A stretch of 64,000 nt of DNA from Podarcis pityusensis (Eukaryota), in NCBI GenBank assembly GCA_964106645.2, contig OZ067045.1. One strand, written 5' to 3'. Position 1 is the stretch's first letter, and each line of letters begins with the position of its first letter. The position numbers were made by a program, and so were the translations under genes. The notes beneath the pieces were generated by a model. That model was not told where the DNA came from. It did no database searches and saw nothing but the letters and a program-made list of their open reading frames with translations. Of the stretch, positions 12,013 through 26,200 are shown piece after piece.

Positions 12013-15000
12013 CTGGGTATCAAAAGGATAGGGAGAGAGTTGCATCAAGAGCTGAACATTGGAGACATAAGCCCCTCTCTAATAACACTGGGATTCATGG
12101 ACACCCAATGAAACTGCATGCTGCAAGATTCAGGACAGAGCAAAGAAAGTCCTCCTTCATGCAACACAGAGTTAAACTATGGAACTTGTTCCCGCAGGTA
12201 AAGGTAAAGGACCCCTGGACGGTTAAGTCCAGTCAAAGGCGACTATGGGGTTGCGGCGCTCATCTTGCTTTCAGGCCGAGGGAGCCAGCGTTTGTCCACA
12301 GACAACTTTCTGGGCTGTGAGTAACCGCTTCTGGCACAACAGGACACCATGATGAAAGCAAGAGCGCATGGAAATGTCGTTTACCTTCCCATCACAGTGG
12401 TAACTATTTATCTACTTGCACTGGTGTGCTTTCGAACTGCTAGGTTGGCAAAAGCTGGGACAGAGCAACGGGAGCTCACTACCGTTGTGCGGATTCGAAC
12501 TCCCGACCTTCCAATCAGCAAGCCCAAGAGGCTCAGGGGTTTAGACCATAGAGCCACCTGCATCTCTCCTGCAGGAGACAGAGATGGCCACCAACCTAGA
12601 TGGCTTTAAAAGATTACACCAATTGATGGAGGAGAGGGTCATCAGTGACTGATAGCCATGATGGCTGTGCTCTTCCTCTCCAGTTGGAGGAACCAATGCT
12701 CCCCTGTTGCTAGAAACCAAAGGAGAGAAGGCTGCTTTTGTGCTCAGATCCTGCTTGTGGGCTCCCCATGCAGTGGTGTCCAAACTTTTTTCAAAGAGGG
12801 CCAGATTTGATGAAGTGAAGGACTGTGAGGGCCGACCTAAGGGCCGACCAAAGTTGTTGAACTTTTCTTAGGATTGAAATTGTTGAGGGTTTTTTAGGAT
12901 TTTATGCCAGGAAATAAACTGCCACAGGGGCCGGATTAAACCAATTAGGCCCCCGAAATGGACTTTGGACATGCCTGCATTAGGGCATCTGGTTGGCCAC
13001 TGTGAGAACAGGATGCTGGCCTAGAGGAGCCATTGGCCGGTTCCAGCAGGCTCTTATGATGTGCTTCTAAGCCCCTTTCACAGGAAAGCTCACCCCACTC
13101 CATCAGCCTGAGCACTGAGTGGGATACCTGGAAAGTGATACTTGTGCAGTTGTGCACAGGGGCTCCAGCTGCCTCAGGGCAGTAGAAGGGGACCTACAAA
13201 CCCATGAGCCACACAGAAATGAATGAGGATTCCCTAAGAGCACACAATTTGCACTGTCGGATTGTGCTCTGTGTCAACCTGTAGCTGTGCTGCGTATTTT
13301 CAGCCTCAAGCGTCACAGTGTCTTTAACAGGAAGGCAGGGGAGGGAAACAGTGGGGAAAGGCAGCCTGTTGCACTGCTCACCTGGAATAGTGTTGTCTAA
13401 AATAAATGCTACACAACCCCCAACGAACATGGCTGTAGTGAGAAGAACATTTAACACTTGATCAATGCTGGCTATTCCTACAAGAACAGAAAGGGGAGGG
13501 AGAGACTTAGAGCAAAATCTGAAGAGCCGCCATATTCATACACACAATTTCAGGAGCCAAAGTCACACTGTCTACACAGCACAAACACCTGGTGATGTGG
13601 ATTGCTTAGCAATGCTCATATATTTATATTTATCATCATCATCATCATCATCATCATACCAGGGACTCAAGGAAACTTGCAAAAATTAAAATGACTCAGA
13701 TAAAATACAAAAAGCTAAAAACATATAAAAGACAATCATTTAAAAGTAATTAAGCAATAATAGAACTAAAACAATATATATTGCTATTCCACCCACCCTA
13801 TCCCTCACATGGACACAATGGACAGCACTACTCAAAAGTCAGTTGGGAGGCAATTTCCCCTCCTACTAGGAAAGGGCTATAGTTCATTGGTAGAGCACAG
13901 GCCTTGGATGCAGACAGTTCTAGGTCCAGAATCAGGTAGCAAGTAGCAGTAGGGTCTCTGCCTGACATCTTGGAAAACTGCTGCCAGTTAAGAGTAGGCA
14001 GTACTGGGCTGGATGGACCAATGGCCTGACTCAGTGTAAGCTGGGCTCATGGAACCATGGAACTACAAGGAATCTCAAAAAGAAATTTAGTCCCACCTAC
14101 TGCAGTAAATTTACTACTACAGCCTCTGCTTGATCACCACCTCTTACACTGTCAAAGAAGCATGTATCATCATTAGTTCTTCCAAGTCTAAATCATCTTT
14201 GATTTGAACCTGTTGTTTCAATCCTTTGGAACAAGAGAAAAAGAATCTGCTCCTTTTCCTATATGATAGTCTCTTCTCCTGGCTAAACATACCTAACAGA
14301 CTCCCAGCTCTTAACTTGTTTGCCCTTGCCATCAGTGGTGGTCCCCAGTTTATGGAACACCCTCCCTAGTGAGGTGCTTCTGCTCCCACTATTAACTTTC
14401 AGGAAGAATTTGAAAACATTCCTGTTTACCCAGGCATTTCATGGCTGAGGGATACAGTTCCTGGCATCCCTGACATCACTGGATGGAATAATGTTTAACC
14501 GTAACCACTTTCAGGTGTTATTAAGTGTCATTGTTTTTATAATGTTTAAACTGCTCTAGAATGCCCCCCCCCCCCCCCGTTGTGGATCTGGGCTCCTTCA
14601 GAAGGAAGGGTGGGATATAAATTCAACAAATAATAATAAGCAGAAAAAAGCATTGTGCATCCATTAACAGTACGTTCCCCATTAATCTGCGGAAAGATCT
14701 ATCTTGTAAAAGGGCCTAAAATGCAGATGGGTCCTTGCTCCCAGAACTGGGCTTATACAAACAGGCAGTAGTCCTCTTCAACCCATTTTTTATTCCGTTA
14801 ACAGGTACTTGCAACCAGTTGGCTAATTAACTAATTTTTGGTTTCTTTTTAAATAAAATAAAATAAATGTGTCTTTATCAAGATCCTGGGCATTTAGGAC
14901 TTCCGGGTTGGCGCCATCGCCGAATGGCGGACTCCCTCCGAGCTCCGGAGGGAGCCTGCTCGGCAGGGGCTGGGTCCTACCGCACCGGCGATGCGGGGAC

Positions 15001-18000
15001 CCTTAAAAACCACGGCCACGGAGGCCGTGGACATGGAGACTCGGCTGGCACCGCTAGCGCCCTCCCGACTCGTGAAGGAGCCTTTTTAAAGGCTACGGAT
15101 CGGGTGCCGGGGAGAAGCGTGGTGCTTTGAGTCCTCTGCTATCCCTGCCGAGCGCAGCCGCATGCCATCCGGCGGAGAGCGCTGACTTCTTCTATTGAAA
15201 ATTCGGACTTCTTAACAACAACCCGTGAGTAATTTGGAAACCGGGTTCAAAAGGAGAAAAAAAAATTTTTTTTTTTTTTTTCGGATTGGACACGAGCGGG
15301 GGGGGATCCAAAAAGGAAGTCAGTCCCCCTCCCTACTGTAAACCTTCCAAAACAAGGACGGGGAAACCAAGGTCCAAAAAGATTTGTATTGCTGATAAAT
15401 ACTAAGAATTCCACGATGGGGAACTACAAGAACTGTGCTGGAGGAAGAATTGAGGGAGAAGGGAAATGTGACCCCCCCCCCCGGGAACCGGGGTGATTGA
15501 AGAGAGAGCCTGGTGAAAAGAGTCGGAGATTTTGACAGCTGTCAAAGTAGCTGTCAAAGTCGGAAAGCAGACAGGATTTTATTATGAGAACTTTGCTGGT
15601 TAAATTTGTTACAATTTGCTATAACCCGTTAAAACTTGGATACAAAATGGCGAAAACATGGATAACAATCGGACTTTTGGACTAGAGAAAACAAAGTTAC
15701 AACAATCCCCCTAGAGGAGTTTCGGGACATTACAAAGATGGTCGTAAGTGGAAAAATACCATTGGAATTTTACAGGACTGGTTATCTTCTGGGAAAGCTG
15801 CAAAACGGAAATAATATTTTGTCTACAGGGTGTTCAGCTAAAGGAGACAATAGAATTTTCTATTGAAGAAAGGAAGGGACTGAATGCAAGTTTTTGTTCC
15901 TGAATAACAATAATCCCTGCAGAGTTACTAAACTTCTGAATTAGAACGTTTCAGCAGCGGAACAAGAGGAAATTGGACTACAACTTGGAAAGAACAATGG
16001 GGGGAGTTTTATTAAAGATTTGAAGTTAAATGTTTTAAAAAATAACTATAAGAAGAAAAAGCCAGCAAGGAGTTGGGGGAAATAGGTGATTTATGGACTT
16101 TAAGAATTCCAGGCAGATAACATGGTTTGGTGGTCAGGGGGAAATTAAACCGGGGACAGGGGGGGGAGAACTAAAATCCAAAGGCTTGTCAACTTTTTTT
16201 TCTGAACTGGCTCTTTTTCACCTATTATACTTTTTATTTCTTATTTCTTATATTTCTACTGTGTGGGGTGTCCTTATCTTTAAAAAAAAGGGAAATTGTG
16301 GAATGAAAATGGGGTGGGCCCTGGGGAGAGAACTTTTGTCTTTTATTAAGGGTATTGATGAGGAGTGTATAAATTTTAAATTCGAATAATGGTCTAAACA
16401 AATTAAGTTTTAATTAGAACTGAGAGCTTGTGGAGCCAACAATATGAAAGGGGAATATGGTAGGGGTGGGGGAAGGGGGGAGTCCCGGAAAGTGAATGTA
16501 TGAAAATAAGGCTTTGAATGTACTTTAATCTTTACTTTCTGTATTTTTGAAAATCTTAATAAATATCATTTAAAAAAAAAAAAAAACAAGATCCTGGGCA
16601 TTTCACTTGAGTGCAAAGTAATTTACAGTAGATACCATAAAGCTCTCTTACCAGATTCAAAAAGCTTGAAAAAGCTTCTCAGAATTGTGGAGGATCCATG
16701 TTTAAGAGATATTTTTATAAACCATGGGGAAAGGGACCAAAGTCTCTTTCAGGGCTGCCCTATGAAGCCTTCAAGAACACAGAGTATGGCTGGTGAACCA
16801 AATCTTAGTCTGCAATTAAAGCTTTAAGTAATTATACCAGCTGACTGATTAACAATTGCACAGCTGACAGTACAGGTTGAAATGTTTAGAAAATCCATTT
16901 CCACATGGGTTGTGTAAATGCATTTTTGTTCAGAACAAGATGTTTCAGCATAAGCTTATTTTAATACATGTAGTAGAATAAGAAAAAGGGAAATTTTGTA
17001 CCTGTGACAAGTGGATTTTGTCGGAGGTAACTTGGAAGGACCAGTCCAAAGAAGATAGAAAATCCAAGCACAAAAAGGTTCCGAGAAGAGTTTAAATCTA
17101 TGAACTGCAGGTTAGACAGTCCGACTGCAGTAATCATCCCTGAACAAGAACAAACAGGACAGGATTTTAGCCTCTACAGTATGCAATGTGAAATACTACA
17201 CAGACCACCAGTATTTCCCTTCCATTAAAAAGCAAAAACAACCTCCATTTTTGCAGAAGGTAAGAGACGTATGTTCACTTAAGGATGCATAAATATACAT
17301 TGATAGTTTGAAGACTTATGTTGGGCTGGGGTATTTTTTAGGGGGGATTGTTGGAGTTGTTGCTGTTACAGTTTTTTATCTTTATGGTTTATGTTGAAAT
17401 TGTTGGATTTGGTTGTGCATTTCTGATGTTTTGCTTATTGTTTATGACTACTTTTCTTATGTTTGTAATTGTGTAAAGATGGTCTTAACTTTGGAAAGGT
17501 GGCATACAAAAAAAAGGGGGGAATGATTTATTATGTTTCATGCCTGGCCTTGGGAGTCTGCAGTGATGTGTATCAAGCCGATACATAAATAACATTACGT
17601 TTTAAGAATATAAGAAGAGCCTGCTAGAACAGGGCAATGGCCTTTCTACTCCAGCATCCTGTTCTCACAGTGGCCAACCAGCTGCCTGTGGGAAACCCGC
17701 AAACAGGACCTTAGCACAAGAGCCGTCCTCTCCCTTCCTACTGTTTCCAGCAAAGCTGCTCCACTTCCCAGTGGGGAGGAGTTGCAGTGGACCGCGTGGC
17801 CACCCATTCCCCACCAGCGGTGGGGGACTCTGTCCCCCGTTGCCTGGGGGATCCCGGCCACGTCAGAGCCCGGCCAGCCAACCCGCTGGCCGGGGGGGCG
17901 TGGCCAGGGCCGTTTAAATTGGAGGAGCGAGCCAGAGGACTTCCTCTTTGGCTCACTTCCTCAATCACCCGCGCCCCCCTCCCTATTTTGCAAGTTAGAC

Positions 18001-21000
18001 AATGGCCTTGCTATGGACTTCGGTTGGTCGCCTTGGTTGTCCAAGGGGCCTGGTAGGAATTTTTCCACCTGGCAAATTGGCACTGGCCATACCTTGTGTG
18101 GGGGAGGGGAGGTGTGGCCATCACCTGCCCCTCCATGCTTAAGGGTATTCCTTTAAAGGAACCCGGGGGTGTTGATCTAGTCTGAAGCCCGGCTGGGGGG
18201 CTAAGGCCTTGACACGACCCCGACGGGAACACCAGAGGGAGCTTGAGTTGGTTCGCATCGACAGGGCTCCCCCTACCGGTGACTTACCCTTACTGGGACT
18301 TCCTGCATAATGGGCAGGAGTCAGATATAGCCAGGTCCAATCAATGCCTAAGCCAGTACCGCTCACATTCTTTAATTTCAATAAAGTTGTGGCCAAAATT
18401 TGCCCAATAACGTAAACCTAATATCCGTGTCCTTATGTGAGTTATTTCCAACGAGGGGCTGGCTGCGGGGTCTCAACACACAACTGGTATTCAGAAGCAC
18501 TGCTGCCTCCAATTGTGGAAGGAGACCACAGCCACCAGTTCTTTCTGTAAAACTGCACAGCATTACTCAACAGCCTAACAAACAATGGGGGAGATGTGTG
18601 CCAGTCTACTAAGATTTTGACCCTTTCAGCTCATGCAAACAGGTGGGTTGTACCCTGAAGCAGCATCACCAGACATCAAAGTGAGCATCTGGAAGGCACT
18701 TCTCCCAAGCAAGTCCATGAGGAAAGACAGGAGACTCGGCTGACAGCTGGAGAAGTGGCAGCTGACATGGCTGCGCACAGAGCTCATTGCTAACAGGCAA
18801 AAATATAAGGAGGGAAATTCAAATACCAAAGAGAGTGCAGAAGAGAGCGCCAAGCACTGGGTCAGGGAGGGATGCAAAGAGGGCGCTGAACTTGCCAACC
18901 ATTCCTAGCAACAACATGAACGCTGCTCCGTACTGAATCACTCGCCGACTTCCAACCTATGAATCACACAACAAAAAGGGAGATAAATTACAACATTTCT
19001 GGCAGTTGCTCTTAGAATCATAGAGTTGGAAGGGACCCAAGAGTCATCTAGTCCAACCCCCTGTGATGCAGGAATCTCAGCTAAAGCATCCATGACAGAT
19101 GGCTTAAAAACTTCCAAGGAAGGAGCATCCACAACCGCCCGAGGGAGACTGTTCCACTGTCTTGTTCATGATGACAACTTGTGATTTCATCACAAAGTTG
19201 TAAAACTGACATGGGAAACTTTTAGCCCTCCAGATGCGGGTGAACTACAACACTCATCAGTCAGTGGCTGTGCTTGCTAGGGCTGACGGCTGCTGTAGTT
19301 CAGCAGCTCTGGAAAAAATATAGACTCTTTAGCTGATTTAAATGCAATATTCCATTTCCTCACTTGATGGCTCACTTGTTCGTGATGGCTCTCTGCTGAA
19401 GGACAAGAAGGATCCTCCTCAATGGGGAGGGTGTTTGGTGAGATCTGTGTATCAATATGCAGGTGGGCCTTTTTTAATTACTGGAGCATTGCACTGCCAG
19501 CCACAGAACAATCTCTCTGAGTCAATTCGGGGACCGCAGTGAAGGGGAAGGACTAGGGGTAGCTGCAACAACAGCTGCAGAGGAAACAGATTAGGGACTC
19601 AGTGGCACAGAGAATTAAAAGCCTCTGTTATTAGATGGATATCCCAACTAAACCTCACCATCTCCTGCTAGTTTGGTGAAAACTGCCTGACCTCGGCTTT
19701 TTCCTTGCTCCACAACTCCAGCAAGTTTAAAACTTTTTATTTTTATTTTTCAAACACTCTACAGGCCGATTCCCTATGGCCACAGTTATCATGTGATCAC
19801 TTGACAGGATGATACTGCAGGCCAGTATGTTATCATGTGTTCCCAGTATTTATCAATGGAAGCAAACTGATAAAGCCACTTGATACATTCCACATCAGCT
19901 GAATGTGAGACCTGGCAATACAGATTCGTGCTTTGGGGCATTTTAGTTCAAAAAGACTATTTTTGTAGAGTTACATAACACAGAGACATTTCCATTGCTT
20001 GGGGCTACACTCTTTGAAGAGCTCAACTGAACAAAAGCGATGCTTTGCACGAAACAAAGCTTCTCAGGAGAAGCACAAATCAATTCTTTGCGAAGTTTTT
20101 GCGCTGACAGTTTAACACACAAGCAGCAGAGTCCATGTGACAATCAACATTCACTTGACTTGAGTCACACTCTGTGTGTGGGCAAAGGTCTCTTCCACCA
20201 CACTTTCCCATTGCTTTATTTAGTGCTATCTATACAATGAAAAAGATTACGAACAAAGGCAAGCTGCACTGGCAGAACATACCTCTTTGAAAACATTTCC
20301 CACGCTATTTTCCTTAAACAGCCTTTATTTCTACTACAATCCCATAAACAGACATTTTGCCCTAAGGGGATGTATAAAGTGGCAGCACCTACACTTTGGA
20401 ATTCCCTGCCTACTGATATCAAGTGGGTGCCTTCATTGTATTCTTTTCTTATGCCTGCTAAAAATGCTATTGTTTAGACAAGCCCAGATGCTCAGAAAGT
20501 TGATGTGAATTCTCATCAGTTTTAGTATTTTAACTTTTTGTATGTTTTAACTGTAAACCACTTTCAGTGTATGCATTTTATGAAGTAAACACGTAATACA
20601 TAAAGTGCCTTTGTAACATTTGCTTGTACCATGTTCAGAAATTATTTAATCCATGACTGGAAATGACGAGATCAAGGTAAAACAGATGTGACAGGTCCCT
20701 AGATAACTGCAGACAGCCAATATTAGGCTATGGAAATGGGGCCAACCCACGACTGCACTTCCATGTACAGTGGTACCTCTAGTTACGAACTTAATTCGTT
20801 CCGGAGGTCCATTCTTAACCTGAAACTGTTCTTAACTAGAGGTGTGCTTTCGCTAATGGGGCCTCTTGCTGCCGCTGTGACGCCGGCACATGATTTCTGT
20901 TCTCATCATCCTGCGGCAAAGTTATCAACTCGAGGTAACTCTTCCAAGTTAGCAGAGTTTGTAACCTGAAGCGTATATAACTTCAGGTACCACTGTATTT

Positions 21001-23155
21001 TTGTAAGAAACTTCGCCCTCCCTGCCTAAAAAAAATTGCATCCAGTACATGGCGATGTTCATATTCAGATTTCACAAGCAAATCACTGATGATAAAAAAA
21101 AAAAGATTTAAGGGCCAAGCTACACATGACTCTAGAAATCTTGTGTCTTTAAGCACCTGTCCCCATCATGTATAAAACATGCTGGATGGAAGTACAACTT
21201 GCAGCACAAGATGTGGGGTAGAGGGAGGAGATGCTGAAACCACCACCTCCATTCCCCGCAAACCATTCCTCAAGGATATTAAACTGTATACACAGTTTAT
21301 TTATTTCATTTATAAAAGTATTTATGTACTACCTACTATGGTGAGTTTCAAGGCAATGTCTAACAAGACTATTAAAACAATGACGTCTTCATACAAATCA
21401 AACTAAAGTGCAGTTGATACACATAATTAAATAATATTACTGGAACTAAACATCAGAAACTATTTAGATTACATTAGATTTATTGAATTTATGTATTGTT
21501 TCGCACACAAAAGGAGTGTGATTTTTAATATACTAAAATGCAATATACAATAAGAATACAATTTTAACAAGTGTCACAATATCATCGGTGTTGGCACTTG
21601 TTAGATCCCAAAGGGGTTTCACATGTGACTTTTATAGTGTTTTAACTCACCACACCCCAGCATTCCACTTAATAAATAATAATAATAATTTTTATTTATA
21701 CCCCACCCTCCTCAGCCAAGGCTGGGCTCAGAGCGGCTTACAAGCAATAATAAAAACAAGTTGAATGATTACAACTTAAAAACAAAATTAAAATACAACA
21801 TTAAAATATTGAAACATTAAAATATTAAAATGTAGCCTCATCGCAGGAGGAGAAGGAAAGGAAAAAAGAAAGAGAGGGAGGGAATCAAATTGGCTCCAAG
21901 CCAAAGGCCAGGCGGAACAACTCTGTCTTACAAGCCCTGCGGAAAGAAATCAGATCCTGCAGGGCCCTGGTCTCATGAGGCAGAGCGTTCCACTAGGCCG
22001 GAGTCAGAGTTGAAAAGGTTTTAAGTGGAAACAACCATCCCATTTCATATTTGCAAATGATAATGGAGAGTTGAGTCCAGCTTTTTCGTGCAGGGACACG
22101 TGAAACATCTCATGTTCACTGATCTTTAAGTACTCTGACTGCAAGAGGGTGCATTTTTAAAATAATAATAACAATCAGACTGTGTTTTCTATGTACAACT
22201 TTAACTGAACTCTGCTCTTGAGCAAGTCCCTCTCTCTTCACTAGGCATGTGCAGGGGAAGCTCCCACCGTGATAAATCTCAAGCTTATTTGAACAGATAT
22301 GTACCTTCGTAATCCCCAAGACTCCGATGTTGGGGCTAGAGGAAGTAGATCCATTCCCAGTGCCAAACACTCCATCTAATACACAGGAAAGGCCTTCTAT
22401 GAAAATGCCCCTGCAATTAGAAGAAAAATGTTGAGATTACGCTATACAGCATGTTAGAAAAGCATGAAAACCAGTCAAGGAGTTATTATCTGACTCTCAA
22501 GCAAGACTGGCAGCCACTGTAGTTAAGGGCTGGGTATTTTACAGTTAAAGACGTCATCAACTGGTCAAATATTCTTATGCATTTGTAACACAGAATACAG
22601 TGGAACCTCAGAAGCCAAACACCTTTGAACTCGAACATTTCGGATCCCAAATGATTGAAACCCGGAAGTGATTGTTCTGGTTTTCGAACGATTTTCGGAA
22701 GCCGAACGTCCGGTGTGGCTTCCAATTAGCTGCAGGATGCTCCTGCAGCCAATCAAAAGCTGCACTTTGGAAGCTGAACGCTTTGGAAGTCGAATGGACT
22801 TCCGGAATGGATTCTGTTCCACTTCCAAGGTACGACTGTACTACAAATAAAACAAAGTGATTCCCCCCCCCCCCGACCTCATACAAGCAACAGGAAAAAG
22901 CCACACCATCTCCTGGCTTGCAGTAGAAAGATCCAAGAAAACTCAAGCCCATTAGAGACATCCTCTTCCTGACCTTCTCATCTCTGCCTCTTCTGCAGTT
23001 CTTGCCAACTCTCACTTTCTGGATTCCTTGTGTCCTTTTCAGCTGCCTAACATGTTTTAAGGAAACTCACACTAACTTTTGTCTTTACATATGAAACTTC
23101 TGCTATTGTCTTTCACTAAGCCGTCTTGGCTGGGGAGGGCGGAGTATAAATAAAA

Positions 23156-23200
<45 letters not shown>

Positions 23201-26200
23201 TACTACTACTACTACATAGGGGTCACAAATTGATATCTAGCTTCTCAGTATGATTCTTTTTCATTCTAGCATCTACTGAATGGTCTGTTTTTAATGTATG
23301 CATTATTATATTATATATTATTGTTCTGTACGAATTTGTCACTGCACTGATGTTGTATTTCTTACGTATTGTTGCATATTATTTTTGTTATGGAATTGTT
23401 ATCAGGATTGTTGATCTTTGCTATGCATTGTGCTCCCACTGCTATTGTACAGTGCTTTGAGCATATTTTTTTATGGAAAGGCATCATATCAATAAACATG
23501 TTGATTCTACATTCTAAAAGTATTTAGACACCTTGAACTTTACAGTCATGATGGGGAGAGAGAAAGAGGCAGTCAGCTAGCCGGTCAGCTGACCACCTTG
23601 CCAATTCAAATATTTTGAAGCCAAGTCAAACTGGATGTTTGGCAGGGCAATGCAGGACACAAGGAATTCAGAACATGATTGAGAAGGATGCAGTGGAGTG
23701 ATTTTCTCTCTGTGGCTGCTCAGTGCAAACACAACCATAGAACCATTTCTTGATTATTCAACACTTTCTGACTTGCGGATGAACGTGTAATTGTCCCTAG
23801 TGAAAACAGGTTAGAAGTAAGTCAATGTGATATGAAATCTGCCTGTGGGATTTGACCAATTAAGGTAGTTTGATCACCGACATCACTAATTGATGCTGCA
23901 ATATCGAGTTATGAGTATCCACATGCAAACTCATCCTCATATGTGCTACAGTTCTGAATTTTTGGGTCCCAAAAGTCTATAATATTGCAAAACCTGAAAG
24001 AAGTTAGGACTTTGAATCCAGGGAAATGGGGCACAGCAAAGGGTGAGAAGGAAGCAAAGTCTTTTCCAGGAGGCTTACCTGTTTATTGCATGGATTGGTG
24101 GTGGAGGAGCACAAGATAACCTCGCACAGGCATAATAATCGCCAATTGATTCAATGATGCTAGCAACCACGGCACTGAGCATTCCTATCACACCTGCAGC
24201 TGATATTGTAGGTAATCCCCATTGAACTGTGAAGACAAAAAAACCCATAATCGTTCTTACTGTATTTAAAGCAAAGTGACTTTTAAGGTGTAAAATGTTC
24301 TCTTAGCTCATAGGATGGCTAATTTCTGGGTTTTAGGGGTGGGCAATAGCATTTCTTTTCAAAACAGTGGTCATGCCACACAAACTGACACTTCATATGT
24401 AGTTAGCCAGTATAATGAATTGGTACCATCAGGAGGGCTTCCCACACGCATTTACATAGAATCAGAGTTGTAGATTTAGGTGGAACCCCATGGGTCATGT
24501 GGTCCAACTCCCTGAAATGCGGGAGTCTCAACACACAGTCCGCCACCCAATTTGAAACCATACCGTACTCTGCTTAGCTTTTGCAATACTGAGCCTAGGG
24601 TTTGCTGATCAGAATGTAGGCGGTTCGAATCCCTGTGACGGGGTGAGCTCCCATTGTTCAGTCATAAGCTCCTGCCAACCTAGCGGTTCAAAAGCACCTC
24701 AAAGTGCAAGTAGATAAATAGGTAACCCTCCAGCGGGAAGGTAAACGACATTTCCGTGCACTGTTCTGGTTTTGCCAGAGGTGGCTTAGTCATGCTGGCC
24801 ACATGACCCAGAAAAACTGTCTGGAGACAAACGTCGGCTGCCTCGGCTAGTAAAGCGACATGAGTGCCGCAACCTCAGAGTCATTAGCGACTGGACTTAA
24901 CTGTCAGGGGTACCTTTACCTTTACCTTAGCAGTTTTATTAGCATCACATACAGATAGGTTTACCTGCACATCACATTTTTAAAATCCAAAAATTAGATT
25001 AAAAATAATGTGGAATATTTATCTAATGCAACCTGTCTATTTTCCTCATGAGTGAAAGCATGGACAACCTTTACCAGAGGTTATTGGACCAGATTGCCTT
25101 GAGAACTGCATCTGCCGGTTGCCCACTCTCATCTTAGATTATACAGATCCCCCCCCCCCCCCCAGTAAAGCGGAATCTGCCTTCAGAACTGACCTACCAA
25201 ACATGGTGTGGCCAAAGAGAAAGGGGGTTATTTTGCTGACATAGCACTAAGGGAACCATCAGCTTAATTCAAACCACAGTTAAACCAAGAGGCATGAAAC
25301 TGCCTTAGACCACCAGCCCAGATATGTCAGTATCGTCTCTAGTCTCACTGGCAGCAGATCTCCAAGACAGAGATCTTTCACAGCCTTGCTCCCTTTTCAC
25401 TGGAGATCTTGGGCAGCTGAACCAAAGACCTGGCAGCAACTTGGGAGCCGAATCACAAACTCTCATTTCTGCAAGCACATGCCAGTGACCAGGTAACTTC
25501 TTCTGTACTCATGCAAGGTGCAGAAAAAAAATAAACTAATGTAAGTCTGGAGTAATTGTATCAAAGAGCAAAGCTTTGTGGGAAACTCTCCCTTAAGTGC
25601 TTGCTAAATACACTTACATGGATAAGGAACCTTGAACCATGGAGCTACCAAAAGCACTCCTTGCCTGGCATCAGTGCGTGCATAGAATCCGTATTTTGTA
25701 CTATCAGGTGGAAACACATCTGTCACAGTGAAGATGAAGCACAGCAGCCAGGATACCAGAATGGCTAGAATGATCTGCAGTGGGAACAGAAAGGGGCTTA
25801 AAGCACACCAGCAAGGAAACAATAATTGCCCACAGAGGATCTCCTTACCAACTCTGCATAATAATATTCAAACTGGTGGTGGGGAGTTGTTGCATCAAGG
25901 ATTTTGTGAGCACATTCCCTTTACAATTTTTAAAAGACCCTTCTAGTTCAAAATGGATCCTTTCATACAATTTCCCCAACCTGGGAATATCTCCAAATAA
26001 GCACTTAAAGGAGCGCCATTAATCCTTTTAAGACAAAACTAAGCATTGTGCACGCTGATAAACTCACAACAATTTACAAAAATAAAATGAGTGGATCCCA
26101 GAGGGCTAGCTGAAGAATAAATAAACTGATTTGGGGTGGGGTGGGGTGCTGTAGCACACTCTGTAGAGCTCTTTAGGAACTGGATTTAGCATTATCTGAA

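Larger units (their letters stand above)
12065..13065 (+). mobile_element. CR1 3' fragment interrupted by a Sauria SINE and a hAT MITE
   Basis: GHPMKL...[21 protein letters not shown]1 ORF2 end; the sequence resumes after each insert and ends in a cttatg-type tail. Confidence 0.7.
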
